Shown piece after piece: positions 9,327 to 19,879 of a stretch of DNA of 64,000 nt. How positions within the stretch are numbered: the first letter of the stretch is position 1; each line of letters begins with the position of its first letter. The stretch is taken from contig CAWJPJ010000008.1 of assembly GCA_963844715.1 (NCBI GenBank), positions 224,001 to 288,000 of the forward strand, in the 5' to 3' direction. This stretch comes from an uncultured Phycisphaerales bacterium. Lineage in GTDB: Bacteria > Planctomycetota > Phycisphaerae > Tepidisphaerales > Tepidisphaeraceae. The notes below the pieces were generated by a model. The model made no database searches, was not told the origin of the DNA, and saw nothing but the letters and a program-made list of their open reading frames with translations. A program made the translations under genes and the position numbers.

Positions 9327-9512
9327 ATGACGAGCGACGAATGACGAATGACGAATGATAAATGTGCGCCAGCATCCGCCGCGCCGGGCCGAATCAATGA
9401 TCTAATGTCCGAATGGGGGGCGTGCGGTTTCAGAATTTGAGATTTGAGATTTGAGATTTGATTCGTCCCGGCGCGGCGGGTGCTGGGGCACATTTTTCAC
9501 TCGTCATTCGTT
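9325..9512. repeat. Heptamer arrays (GAATGAC, GAGATTT) between convergent genes
   Basis: gaatgacgaatgacgaatgata; atttgagatttgagatttgagatttga; inverted cgtcattcgttattc. Confidence 0.85.
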
Positions 9513-10305
9513 ATTCCGGGTTGGTCTGAATCCATTGCAAATAGAGTCCATGGGGCGGGGCGGTTTGTCCGGCGGCCTGGCGGTCTTTGGCGGCTAGCAT
9601 TTTTTGGATGACTTCGGGGGGATGGCGGTTTTGGCCTACTTCTACGAGGGTGCCGACGATGATGCGGACCATGTTCCAGAGGAAGCCGTTGCCTTCGATG
9701 GCGATGACAAGTTTGTGGCCGAGGTTGGAGAGTTTGCATTGATGGATGATGCGGACGGCGGACTGGCGGCCGTGGCCGGGGCGGGCGAAGCTGGTGAAAT
9801 CGTGCTCGCCTTCGAAATATCGGGCGGCGGATTGCATGGCGGGGATGTCCAGGGGTTGCCAGCGGTGCCAGCATTGATCGGGGAAGAAGGGGTTTCGATC
9901 CAGGGCGGTCCAGATGAAATATTGGTAGCGCTTGCGCACGGCGGAGGCGATGGCGTCGAAGGAATCGGGGACGGGCTCAATTGAATAAACGAGGATGTCT
10001 TCGGGGAGTTGATGATTGAGGGCCTGACGGAGACCTTCGAGGGGGATTTGAGCTTGATCGGTGTCGAAATGGGCGACCTGACCTTTGGCGTGTACGCCGG
10101 CGTCGGTTCGGCTGGAACCGACGACGGTGACGGGGTGACGGACGACGGCGGCGAGGGCGGAGGCGAGGGTTTCCTGGACGGTGGGGATTCCGCAGCCGGG
10201 TTCGGGGGGCGGGCCTTTGTAACTGGGCAGGGCGAGTTGGCGCTGCCAGCCGTGATAGCGTGTTCCGCGATAGGCGAGGGTTAGTTTGAGGCGTTGGGTG
10301 GGCAT
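9511..10305 (-). CDS. truA: tRNA pseudouridine(38-40) synthase
   Basis: AYRGTRYHGWQ, SSRTDAGVHAKGQV, GNGFLWNMVR, TAPPHGLYL. Confidence 0.96.
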   Translation of the reverse strand: MPTQRLKLTLAYRGTRYHGWQRQLALPSYKGPPPEPGCGIPTVQETLASALAAVVRHPVTVVGSSRTDAGVHAKGQVAHFDTDQAQIPLEGLRQALNHQLPEDILVYSIEPVPDSFDAIASAVRKRYQYFIWTALDRNPFFPDQCWHRWQPLDIPAMQSAARYFEGEHDFTSFARPGHGRQSAVRIIHQCKLSNLGHKLVIAIEGNGFLWNMVRIIVGTLVEVGQNRHPPEVIQKMLAAKDRQAAGQTAPPHGLYLQWIQTNPE

Positions 10306-10433
10306 TTTCGGCGGTTTCAACCCCAACGGATGGCCATCCGCTGGGTTTGGCGGATTAACACACGCGAAATTTGCGACGATTGAACCGTCAAATCGTCCCC
10401 GTTACAATCTGTTTTTCGTAAGTTCTTCAATTC

Positions 10434-11837
10434 ATGAATGATAAAGCAGAATATCCGGCGGTTCCTGAGGCGTTTGCGGCTTTGGGGGTTCGTCCTTCGA
10501 TCCTGCGAGCCTTGGCGGACGCGAGTTTTGTCACCCCTTCGGAAATCCAAACCCTGCTGATTCCGCCGGCCCTGGAAGGGAAAGACATCCTGGGCCAGGC
10601 GCGGACGGGGACGGGCAAGACGGCGGCGTTTGGGATTCCCATTTTGCAGAAATGCACGCGCGGGTTGGCGACGCAGGCGATCATTTTGGTGCCTACGCGG
10701 GAACTGGCGGTTCAAGTCGAGACTGAGATCAAGCGACTGGGGGCGCATACGCCGATCCGCTCCGTGGCGGTCTTCGGGGGGCAGAAGATCGTTGCGCAGA
10801 TGAAATTCCTGAAACACGGGCCGGAAATTATTGTGGGGACCCCTGGGCGGGTGATCGATCTTTTGGATCGGAGGATCATCTCGTTTGGAAACATCCGATT
10901 TGTGGTTCTCGATGAAGTCGATCGGATGCTCGATATCGGGTTCCGGGACGATATCCGGAATATTCTTTCGCGCATCAAGGGCGTGCGGCCGGGATCGCAA
11001 GGGCAGGAGGGTGGGGGTGCATCGCATCAAACGATGTTTGTCTCCGCGACGATCTCCGACGAAATAGACAAGCTGGCGCGGCAGTACATGCGCGAGCCGG
11101 TGGAGAAATTGATCGCGCCGGGCGCGGATGACAAGCCGACGGTGGAGAACGTCGAGCAGTATTATTTTTCGGTGCAGCCCTGGGACAAATATATTTTGCT
11201 GAAGAAGCTTCTGCTGCGGGAGAATCCGGAACTGGCGATTGTGTTTTGCCGGACCAAGCGCGGGGCGGAGAAGCTGGCGAAGAAGCTTTTTGCCGAGGGG
11301 ATCGAATGCCGGGAGATTCATGGGAATCTGGCGCAGAACAAGCGCGACCGGGTGATGAAGAGTTTTCGCGGGGGGAAATTTGATGTCTTGATCGCGACGG
11401 ACCTTGCGAGCCGGGGGATCGACGTCGCGGACATCAGCCACATTATTAACTATGACATTCCGGAAGATCCGGAAGTTTATGTGCATCGCATTGGGCGGAC
11501 GGCGCGCATGGGGGCGGCGGGGAAAGCGTTTACGTTTGTCGCCAGCGATCAGGGGGATGAACTGACGCGCGTGGAGGAATTGATCAACATGGTTATTCCG
11601 CAGGCGACGATCGAGGGTTTTGAGCCTCGGCCTACGCCGGCGGATTGGGATGGGGCGGGGCCGGCGGCTGCTGTTTTATCCACACCGTCTAAGCCGATTG
11701 TGAGCCGATTTGAGCGGGCTTGGGGCGGCGGGACGGGCGGCTCGGGGGAATCCGCTGCCCAGAGCCCGGTTCCGCTGCCGCCGCGGACGATTGGGAGCAA
11801 AATACCAATCAATCGGCGGCATAAGCGGCGGCGGTAG
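10434..11837 (+). CDS. DEAD-box RNA helicase (DEVD variant)
   Basis: ARTGTGKT, PTRELA, TPGR, DEVD, SAT, RGIDV, HRIGRTAR. Confidence 0.95.
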   Translation: MNDKAEYPAVPEAFAALGVRPSILRALADASFVTPSEIQTLLIPPALEGKDILGQARTGTGKTAAFGIPILQKCTRGLATQAIILVPTRELAVQVETEIKRLGAHTPIRSVAVFGGQKIVAQMKFLKHGPEIIVGTPGRVIDLLDRRIISFGNIRFVVLDEVDRMLDIGFRDDIRNILSRIKGVRPGSQGQEGGGASHQTMFVSATISDEIDKLARQYMREPVEKLIAPGADDKPTVENVEQYYFSVQPWDKYILLKKLLLRENPELAIVFCRTKRGAEKLAKKLFAEGIECREIHGNLAQNKRDRVMKSFRGGKFDVLIATDLASRGIDVADISHIINYDIPEDPEVYVHRIGRTARMGAAGKAFTFVASDQGDELTRVEELINMVIPQATIEGFEPRPTPADWDGAGPAAAVLSTPSKPIVSRFERAWGGGTGGSGESAAQSPVPLPPRTIGSKIPINRRHKRRR

Positions 11838-11931
11838 GTGGCGGGGTGGTTTGCTGGAATTGCGGGAGGAGCGCGGTGCTGCGCACCGCCGCTAAATGGG
11901 GGGAGGGTCGAAATTGATCCGAGTCGATTCG

Positions 11932-13245
11932 ATGGATTCCGGTAGATCGAACGTCGCGGCGCGGCATCGGGGGGGCGGGGAGTTGGTGTGGCTACTCGCT
12001 GTGACGCTGGTGGTGCGGCTGGTTTGGATGTTTGTGGTGCTTCCGCCGCGGAGCGCTTCGATCGATCTGAACGACTGGCGGTTCGTGGCCAAGGTGATGA
12101 AAACGGGGGAGAATCCTTATGAGAAATATCCGCTGCTGAACTGGCCGCCGTTTTGGATGGAGTCGCTGGGGTTTTTAACGCACGTTTCGGAGAAGACGGG
12201 GGTTCGCCTCGAGCAGTGTATTCGGTTTTTTCTGATCGCGGGGGATTTGGGGCTTCTGGCGGCGATTTGGGCGCTGATGCGATTGCTGGGCGCGGGTCAG
12301 ATGGCGGGGCGGGTTTTATTTTGGGGGTATGCGCTGAATCCCTTGCTGACGATCCTGACGGTGCAGCATTGTAATTTCGACGCGTTCGCGATTTTCTGGG
12401 TGACGCTGTTTTTGATTTTCACGATTAAGTTTCGGCGCGGCGGGGACGAGATGGACTGGCTGTGGTCGGCGGCGTGTTTGGGGATTGGCGTTTTTACCAA
12501 GACGTTTCCGGTGATTTTGTGGCCGGTGCTGATGGGGGGGATCAAGCCGCTGAGCCGGCGGACGCGCTTTCTGGGGGCGGGGCTGTTCATCGGGCCGGCC
12601 GTGCTGGCGCTGGCGCCGCTGTTTGCGCTGTCTCCGCAAGGCATCATCAACCACGTCGTTCGCTACCAGAGCTTGGGGGGCGGGTTCGGGGTGATGTCGC
12701 TGCTTCATATCGCGGGGGCGAGCGTCAATCTGGAATGGTATGCGAAGATCTATGCGCTGGCGGGATTGATTCTGACTTCGGCGATTGCGCTGGTGATGCT
12801 GCGCAGGCGGTGGCCAGCGGAGGGCGACCTGCCGTTGCTGGTTGGGCTGGCGTTTCTGGCTCTTTTCACGCTGGGGACGGGGTACGGGTCGCAGTATTGG
12901 TTTTGGGTGTTTCCGATGTTGCTGGCGGCTTATCCAAGCCAGCCCCTCTGGTATCGACGCATCCTCTTTGCCAGCGGCGTGGTTACTGTGCTTACGAACA
13001 TCTTTGACTACGCCTTCGAGGAGTGGATGGGCGGTTTTCTGTTTTGGCGGTTCCGCTCCTTCGGACCGCGAGTGATAAAGATACTATTCTGGCAAATTCA
13101 CTGGCCCGGCATGCGGGATTTCAGCAACAGGCTTATGAACTCGGATTGGGCGCTGCCCGCGGTACATCTACCCATGACCGTGTGTGCAATGATTGTTCTG
13201 GGCGCGGGCGTTGGCGTGCTCGTAAAGCGAAGGAGGTTGGCGTGA
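11932..13245 (+). CDS. GT-C fold multi-TM glycosyltransferase (GT87/PIG-M-like)
   Basis: Polytopic; NPY..YP.LNWPP, LNP..I......FD, K.FP patterns. Confidence 0.7.
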   Translation: MDSGRSNVAARHRGGGELVWLLAVTLVVRLVWMFVVLPPRSASIDLNDWRFVAKVMKTGENPYEKYPLLNWPPFWMESLGFLTHVSEKTGVRLEQCIRFFLIAGDLGLLAAIWALMRLLGAGQMAGRVLFWGYALNPLLTILTVQHCNFDAFAIFWVTLFLIFTIKFRRGGDEMDWLWSAACLGIGVFTKTFPVILWPVLMGGIKPLSRRTRFLGAGLFIGPAVLALAPLFALSPQGIINHVVRYQSLGGGFGVMSLLHIAGASVNLEWYAKIYALAGLILTSAIALVMLRRRWPAEGDLPLLVGLAFLALFTLGTGYGSQYWFWVFPMLLAAYPSQPLWYRRILFASGVVTVLTNIFDYAFEEWMGGFLFWRFRSFGPRVIKILFWQIHWPGMRDFSNRLMNSDWALPAVHLPMTVCAMIVLGAGVGVLVKRRRLA

Positions 13246-14033
13246 AGATCGTTCGATGCGTGAGCGGGGGAATGGTTCGTTGGGGACAGTGGTTGGACGA
13301 GCGGTCGGCCTTGCGCATCGAAGGGGATATTTTTTCGCGCTATTCCGTCACGCAAGACAAAATCGCGATTGAGAAGTTGCTTGCGCCGGTCGTTCCGACG
13401 GATATTTTGTGCATCGGTGTGAATTACCGACAGCACGCGGCCGAAACCGGGATCGACGTACCGAAGAACCCGATGCTCTTTATCAAGGCGAGCAATACGT
13501 TGAACAATCCGGGCGATCCGATTCGCGTGCCTCGGCTGTCGAATCAGATCGATTATGAAGGGGAACTGGCGATTGTCATTTCCAAAGACGCGAAGGACGT
13601 TTCGCGCGAGGAGGCGATCAATTATGTGCTGGGGTATACGATCGCCAACGATGTGACGGCGCGGGACTGGCAGCGCGACAAGAGTTTGGGCGGGGGGCAG
13701 TTTCCGCGCGGGAAGAGTTTCGACACGTTTTGTCCGCTGGGGCCTTGGATCGTGACGCGGGATGAAATTCCAAATCCCAACGCGCTGCGATTGCAAACTT
13801 TTCTGAATGGTCAGGTTATGCAGGACAGTTCGACGGGGGACATGATTTTCGATGTGCCGGCGGTGATTGCGAGTTTGAGCAGCACGATGACGGTCCGGAA
13901 GGGGGCGGTTATTTTGACGGGGACGCCGCATGGGGTGGGGATGGGGAGGACGCCGGCGGTGTTTATGAAAAAGGGGGATCGGGTGGTGGTGGAGATTGAG
14001 GGGATTGGGGGGTTGGAAAATTCGGTGGAGTAA
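13242..14033 (+). CDS. Fumarylacetoacetate hydrolase family protein
   Basis: CIGVNY, DYEGEL, NDVTARD, GKSFDTF.PLGP, TGTP.GVG; GTG start after AGGAGG. Confidence 0.93.
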   Translation: MKIVRCVSGGMVRWGQWLDERSALRIEGDIFSRYSVTQDKIAIEKLLAPVVPTDILCIGVNYRQHAAETGIDVPKNPMLFIKASNTLNNPGDPIRVPRLSNQIDYEGELAIVISKDAKDVSREEAINYVLGYTIANDVTARDWQRDKSLGGGQFPRGKSFDTFCPLGPWIVTRDEIPNPNALRLQTFLNGQVMQDSSTGDMIFDVPAVIASLSSTMTVRKGAVILTGTPHGVGMGRTPAVFMKKGDRVVVEIEGIGGLENSVE

Positions 14034-14041
14034 TTGGGAAA

Positions 14042-14078
14042 TAGTTCAGTTGCTAGTTGCTGGTTGTTAGTTGCTAGT
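14042..14078. repeat. AGTTGCT-type heptamer array
   Basis: agttgctagttgctggttgttagttgctagt. Confidence 0.75.
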
Positions 14079-14155
14079 GGAGGGGTCCAAGCTTTGCATG
14101 GTTGGCCGCATCCACCGTATAATTCCGTTGCTTCGTGCTAGAAAGGCATTTCCAC

Positions 14156-14848
14156 GTGTCTCAGGTTGCGGCCAGTGGTTTGACGGGTTCATCGACGGGG
14201 TCGTCCTCGTATTTTCTGTGGCGGCGGCTGCATTCGCTGACGGGGCTGGTGTTTGGGGGGTACATCGTGGTGCACCTGTTTGTTAACGCCACGATGATTC
14301 AGGGGACTCACCCGGACATCTATCAGGCTCAGGTGGACAAGATCCACTCCTTGCCCTTCCTATGGGCCATTGAGTGGGCGTTCATTTATCTGCCTATTAT
14401 TTATCACACGATCTACGGCGGGTGGATTACCATCACGGGCCGCCCGAATGTTACGGCTTATCCGTTCGGAAAGAATTACTTCTATTTGCTCCAGCGGATC
14501 AGCGCGGTTTTGATCGCGGCGTTTGTTGTCTTCCACGTGTTTGCCATGAAAGGATTCTTCGCCGATCAACTCACTTTCGTGCCGGACCAGGCGACGGCGA
14601 GCACGGCTCGGCATATCAACTCCAGCTTTTGGGTCGCATATATCGTCTATCCGATCGGAATCACGGCGTCGTGCTTTCATCTTGCGAACGGCTTTTGGAC
14701 GCGCGGCAATTACTTGGGGGCTGACGGTGAGCGCCGGGCGCAACAGCGGTGGGGCGTGGTTTGCTCGATCTTGTTCGCGTTCACGTTGATTTGCGGTTTG
14801 CTGGCTTTGGGCGCCAGCATTCATAACGGATCGATGATCGTTCATTAG
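14156..14848 (+). CDS. sdhC: Succinate dehydrogenase/fumarate reductase cytochrome b558 subunit
   Basis: RRLHSLTG, HLFVN, LQRIS, FHLANG.WT; directly upstream of sdhA; local compensating frameshift near 14700-14740. Confidence 0.9.
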   Translation: MSQVAASGLTGSSTGSSSYFLWRRLHSLTGLVFGGYIVVHLFVNATMIQGTHPDIYQAQVDKIHSLPFLWAIEWAFIYLPIIYHTIYGGWITITGRPNVTAYPFGKNYFYLLQRISAVLIAAFVVFHVFAMKGFFADQLTFVPDQATASTARHINSSFWVAYIVYPIGITASCFHLANGFWTRGNYLGADGERRAQQRWGVVCSILFAFTLICGLLALGASIHNGSMIVH

Positions 14849-14864
14849 ACGGAGCCGAGTTTTC

Positions 14865-16770
14865 ATGGCAACGGGTGCGAAAAAGCGCGTGATCGTAGTG
14901 GGCGGCGGATTAGCCGGGTTGGCGGCGACGATCAAGCTGGCGGAGGAGGGCGTTGCCGTCGATTTGTTTTCGATGGTGCCCGTAAAGCGGAGCCATAGTG
15001 TTTGTGCGCAGGGGGGGATCAACGCTTGCAATGATATTGCGCGGCAGCAGGGGTATAGCGAGTGGATGCACTTTGACGAGACGATTCTGGGCGGGGATTT
15101 CCTGGCGGATCAGCCGCCGGTGCTGGAGATGTGCAACTGGGCGCCGCGGATAATCGATGTGCTGGACCGGATGGGTGTGCCGTTCAATCGGACGCCGGAG
15201 GGGCAGCGGGCGCTGCGGCTGTTTGGCGGATCGCTATTTAAGCGGACGTTTTTCGCCGGGGCGACGACGGGGCAGCAGCTCCTTTATGCACTCGATGAGC
15301 AGACGCGACGGCGCGAGGCGGAGGGGGCGGTTACGAAATATGAATTTTGGGAGTTTCTGTCGCCGGTGATTCATGACGAGCGGTGCGTGGGGATTGTGGC
15401 GCAGGACATGCGGACGATGCAGATCCGGGCGTTCAGCGGCGGACGCCGTGGTCATGGCGACGGGCGGGAACGGGCTGGTTTTCGGGAAATCTACGATGTC
15501 GGTGATCTGCACGGGCGGGGCGGCATCACGGTGCTATCAGGCGGGGGCGAAATACGGGAACCCGGAATTTATTCAAGTGCATCCGACGGCGATTCCGGGG
15601 GAGGACAAGTGCAGGTTGATCAGCGAATCGGCTCGCGGGGAAGGGGGACGGGTTTGGGTTCCCAGGCGTCCGGGCGATGCGCGGCATCCGAATAACATTC
15701 CTGAGTCCGAACGGTTTTATTTTCTGGAAGAGCGGTATCCCAAATATGGGAATCTTGTTCCGCGCGACATCGCGACGCGGGAAATCTTCCAGGTTTGCAC
15801 GGAGATGAAGCTGGGGGTTGGCGGGGGGAATATGGTGTATCTCGATCTGGCTGACATCGTTAAACAGATCGGGCGACAGGCGGTGCTGTGCAAGCTGGAG
15901 GGAATTCTGGAGATTTATGAGAAGTTCGTCGGGGTCGATCCGCTGGAAGAGCCGATGAAAATTTTCCCGGCGGTGCACTATTCCATGGGTGGGCTGTGGA
16001 TAGGATTCCGGAAGGATGAAAAAACCGGCGGACTGAAGTTTGGGGACCCGTCGAACATGTCCACCAACATTCCGGGATTATACGCGATGGGAGAAGTCTC
16101 GTTCGCGTATCACGGGGCGAATCGGCTGGGGGCGAATTCGCTGCTGAGCTGCATTTTTGACGGGCTTTTCGGCGGGACGTGCGTGAAGAATTATTGCACG
16201 GACGTCGCGCACGGCGACATGCCGCAGAGCGCGTATGACGTGGCGGTGACGAAGCAGACCAATCGACAGGATGACGCTGCTGGCCAGCGATGGGGATGAG
16301 AATCCTTACCTGCTTTGGCGCGAAATGGGGAGGTGGATGACGGACAATTGCACGGTCATACGGCACAACGAGCGATTGCAGCAGACGCTTGAAAAGTGCC
16401 AGGAATGGAAGGGGCGGTATAAGCGGATCAAGCTTTCGGACACGGGGATGTGGACGAATCAGAACCTGAGTTTCACGCGCGCGGTGGGGGATATGATCAT
16501 TCTTGCCGAGGTGATTTTGCAGGGGGCGCTGCAGCGGAATGAATCGCGCGGGGCGCATTTTAAGCCGGCGTATCCGCAGCGGCAATGATGAGGAATATTT
16601 GAAAGCGACAATCGCCAGTTACGATGCGGCGGCTGATGCGCCGCGGATTGATTACGGGCCGGTGGACATCAGTTTGATTCCGCCGAGGGCTGCGCGAATA
16701 TGGGAAGAAGCCGGATGCGGTGAAGAGTGAGAAGTCGCCGGCTGCGCCGCGCGTGGCCGCGGTTTCGTGA
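14865..16770 (+). CDS. sdhA: Succinate dehydrogenase flavoprotein subunit (frameshifted)
   Basis: GGGLAG, RSHSVCAQGG, QVHPT, SESARGEGG, HYSMGG, GANRLGANSL, ESRGAH spread over ORFs 14865, 15373, 16271, 16539. Confidence 0.92.
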
Positions 16771-16835
16771 ATCATGGCGAGTAACTGGACAGGGTTCCGG
16801 AGGGGTGGGGCGGAACCATAGCTGATGAGAATGGC

Positions 16836-16903
16836 TCCCTCCCGTCGTCCCGAAACCAGCGGAAGGGGACAGGGAGTGCTCCCCCGGAGTACCGGGGGCG
16901 GGA
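16836..16903. repeat. Hairpin-repeat variant with CCGAAACCAGCGGAAG insert
   Basis: Near-identical copy at 54078..54146. Confidence 0.8.
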
Positions 16904-16934
16904 AGAGTGGACTGTGCGGTGCTTAGCGTGGGTG

Positions 16935-18519
16935 ATGCTGGGTGTTCTGTTGGTCTGGGGGGCGGCGGCGCGGTGGCATCAGATTGATCGGGAAAGGCAA
17001 TTCGCGGACGAGTTTTGGTCGGTTTATCTGTCCACGGGGCGGGGGAAGATCGATTTTTTTTGCCGGCGGGGAAGCTGCTGAATCCGCCGCCGGCGGCGAT
17101 GATGGAGGGGGCGCCGGGGTGGCGCGCATATCTGGACGGGGATGATCAACGCGATTCATCCGCCGCTTTATCATGTGGTGTTGCGGTGGTGGATGGATTT
17201 ATTTGGCGAGAGCGATTCGGCGACGCGCAGCGCTTTCGGGGGTTTTTTCGCTGGCCGGGCGCGGTGATTCTCTATGACGCGGTGAGGCGGACCACGGGGC
17301 GGACGGCGCGGGGCTAATCGCGGCGGCCGATGATGATTCTTGGCCGTCGGGCAGATCGACTTCAGCCAGCAGACGCGCAGTTACACGATGATCGGGTTTT
17401 GCGGGGTGGTGGCTTGCCATGCGGCTGGTTTGAATTGAGAAGGACGGGGCGTCAGTGGGTAGATTAATCGAATTGGGGATTGCGTGTGCGGCGGGATTTT
17501 TGACGCATTATCTGGCGGCGCCCGCCGATTGCGGCGCTGGGGATTTATGTGCTGCTGCGGTTGCGAGGAAGGGATCGGCGACTTGCGGTTGGGCGCGATG
17601 GTGGGGTCGGCGGTGTTTGTGCTGGCGATCTGGTATCCGTGGCTTCGCGAGCAATTGGGGCTTTTCAGATGCCCTATGAGTGGGCGAACGAGCATAGCCC
17701 GTACGGTCACCGCGATTTTGCTGCGATTGCTTTTTCTTGCCGGTGGCGCATTTATATGGGGAAGATCGGCTTTGATCGCGAGCGGTTGCGCCGGCGGTGA
17801 TCGTTTATGTTTTGCCGATCGTGCTTATCCGGCGGCGGCCGCAAATGCTGATCTGGTGGTTCTGGGTGACGGGGGTGATGCTCCCGCTGGCGGTGCGTGA
17901 CGTGCTGCATCACTCGATGATGCTGGCGTATACGAAGTATACATTTGCGGCGTCGTTTGCGATGTGCGCGGTGGTGGCGATTCCGCTTCCGCTGCCGGGG
18001 AAGTGGGGGTGGGCGACGCCTGTCGCGATGCTTTTGAGCGTGGTGGTGGCGTCGATCGAGCGATACAACGAGGGGCCGCCGCCGTTTCCGGATTGGCGGG
18101 GGCTGGTGCGGGTGATCGATAAGGACGCGGGGCCTGGCGATCCGCTGATTTTCGGCAACGATCAATTCTGGAACACGCCGGCGTTCGGGTATATCGCGAT
18201 GGCGCACTACGCTCATGATTCGCGGCGGCCGATCATGATGCTGGATGTGCCGGCGGACGCGAGGGCGCTGGCGGAGATCTCGGCGTATAAAAAGGTCTGG
18301 CTGGTTCTTCCGGTGGCGGCGAAGAAGATTGATTGGCTTCCGGGTTGGGAGAGGGTTTGGTCGACGGGGCGGCCGGCGGCGGGATTTGTTGAGGAAATGG
18401 CGCCGGTTACTTCACCGCTGCCGTCGTCTCGAGCGAGCCGATCACGCCGCACCATGACGGGCGGGGTATTTCCGAGGGACGAATCCGGGGCGGTGCGATA
18501 CATCCAAAACATGCCTTGA
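16935..18519 (+). CDS. GT39/PMT-like membrane glycosyltransferase (multiple frameshifts; ends uncertain)
   Basis: Stitched frames: MLGVLLVWGAAARWHQID....ADEFWS, WMDLFGESD, FSQQTRSYTM, PDWRG. Confidence 0.65.
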
Positions 18520-18977
18520 ATGATGACGCGCACATCGGGGGCCTGGCCGGCGAATTGAACGGTGACGTCCATCGGCTGCAGGATTTTTTTCTGGTGATTC
18601 AGAAAGATGCCGTAGGGAGAATCTTCCTCCTGGCTGCTGGGGGATTTGCTGGTCCAGACGGCCTGGCCGATCTGGGCGGGATCGGAGATGTCGGGGAGCA
18701 TCATGTCGAAGTCGTAGGAGTCGACGGTTTCGTCGCCGGTGAGGACTCCCTTGGGCTCGTTACTGTAGAGGCGGGCTTCCAATTTGCCATCGGTCTTGGT
18801 CAGTCGGAGCATGGCGGGGCCGAAGGTGTCGGGCTGGCCGTCGATCATGAGGATGGAGGCTTGCGGCTGGGTCGTGGGCTCGGTGGAGGGGGCGGCGGAC
18901 GCCTGCGTGGTGGGGGTGCTGGGGGACTGACCGCAGCCTAAAATAAGCAAGGCGCAGCAGGCCGGGAGGAGGAACAT
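18407..18977 (-). CDS. Hypothetical lipoprotein
   Basis: Lipobox-like LILGC then S/T/P-rich linker; stop inferred after frameshift (VIGSLETTAAVK*). Confidence 0.6.
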
Positions 18978-19029
18978 CCTGCAGAGGCGACGGTTCACGA
19001 GGTTCAGTATACTCGGTTTTGAACGGATC

Positions 19030-19761
19030 ATGGCGACCATCCCACCATCGGAAACGGACACCCTTTGCGAAAGTTGCGGGTACATTCTCAACGGCCTGCC
19101 GGGGGATGGGAATTGCCCGGAATGCGGGTCTCCGATCGATCTTAGCGTGGCGGAGCGATATCGGACGGCGCCGGCGTGGGAAGAGGCGGGGCGATCGGTT
19201 TTTTGGCGGTTTGCAGTGACGACGCTGCTGGTTATTTTCCGGCCGACGCATTTTTTTCGGACCAGCACGTCGCGGGGCGATCTTTCGGCTGCGCAGCGGT
19301 TTGCTCGGATTCATTGGGCGATTACGTCGCTTATGCTGGGTGTGGGGGTTTGGATTCACTGGCATATATATCTGCGGATGGTCCGCGAGCCTGCGCCATC
19401 CGAATGGCTGAATATTGGGGCGCTGATGATTCTGCCGGGGTTGACGTATCTGGCGGTGGTGGGAACGCTGCGGCTGGCGACGAGATTGACGGTGTGGGAA
19501 GCGGGATATCGCGGGTATCGGCTGCCGTTTCGTGTGGTGCTTCGGGCGCTTTACTACCACGCGGCGCATAGTTTGCCGGTGGCGATTGTCACGTTGGTTA
19601 CGATCGCGGGGTATTGGTATTTTCAAGCGACGGGGTATTTTCGGATCACCAGCGCGCCGGATTATCTTTATGTGCTGAGCGCGGAGGTTTTTATTGGGGC
19701 GAACTATTTGTTTTTCACTTATTGGATTGCCATGCGCAATCTTATGTTTGCGAACCGGTGA
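19030..19761 (+). CDS. Zinc-finger membrane protein
   Basis: CESCGY.L.GL......CPECG then ~4 TM helices. Confidence 0.75.
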   Translation: MATIPPSETDTLCESCGYILNGLPGDGNCPECGSPIDLSVAERYRTAPAWEEAGRSVFWRFAVTTLLVIFRPTHFFRTSTSRGDLSAAQRFARIHWAITSLMLGVGVWIHWHIYLRMVREPAPSEWLNIGALMILPGLTYLAVVGTLRLATRLTVWEAGYRGYRLPFRVVLRALYYHAAHSLPVAIVTLVTIAGYWYFQATGYFRITSAPDYLYVLSAEVFIGANYLFFTYWIAMRNLMFANR

Positions 19762-19775
19762 ATAAGACAAGTGTT

Positions 19776-19858
19776 GACCGCGGATTTCGCGGATGGGCGG
19801 CGGATGAGAAGACGGAGTTCTTGAAATCTTATCCGCGTGATCCGTGAAATCCTTGGTT
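19776..19858. repeat. Imperfect inverted repeat built from CGGAT units, no gene inside
   Basis: accgcggatttcgcggat...cggat versus reverse complement of atccgcgtgatccgtgaaatccttggt. Confidence 0.7.
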
Positions 19859-19879
19859 GGCGTTCAGAGCGCGGAGACG

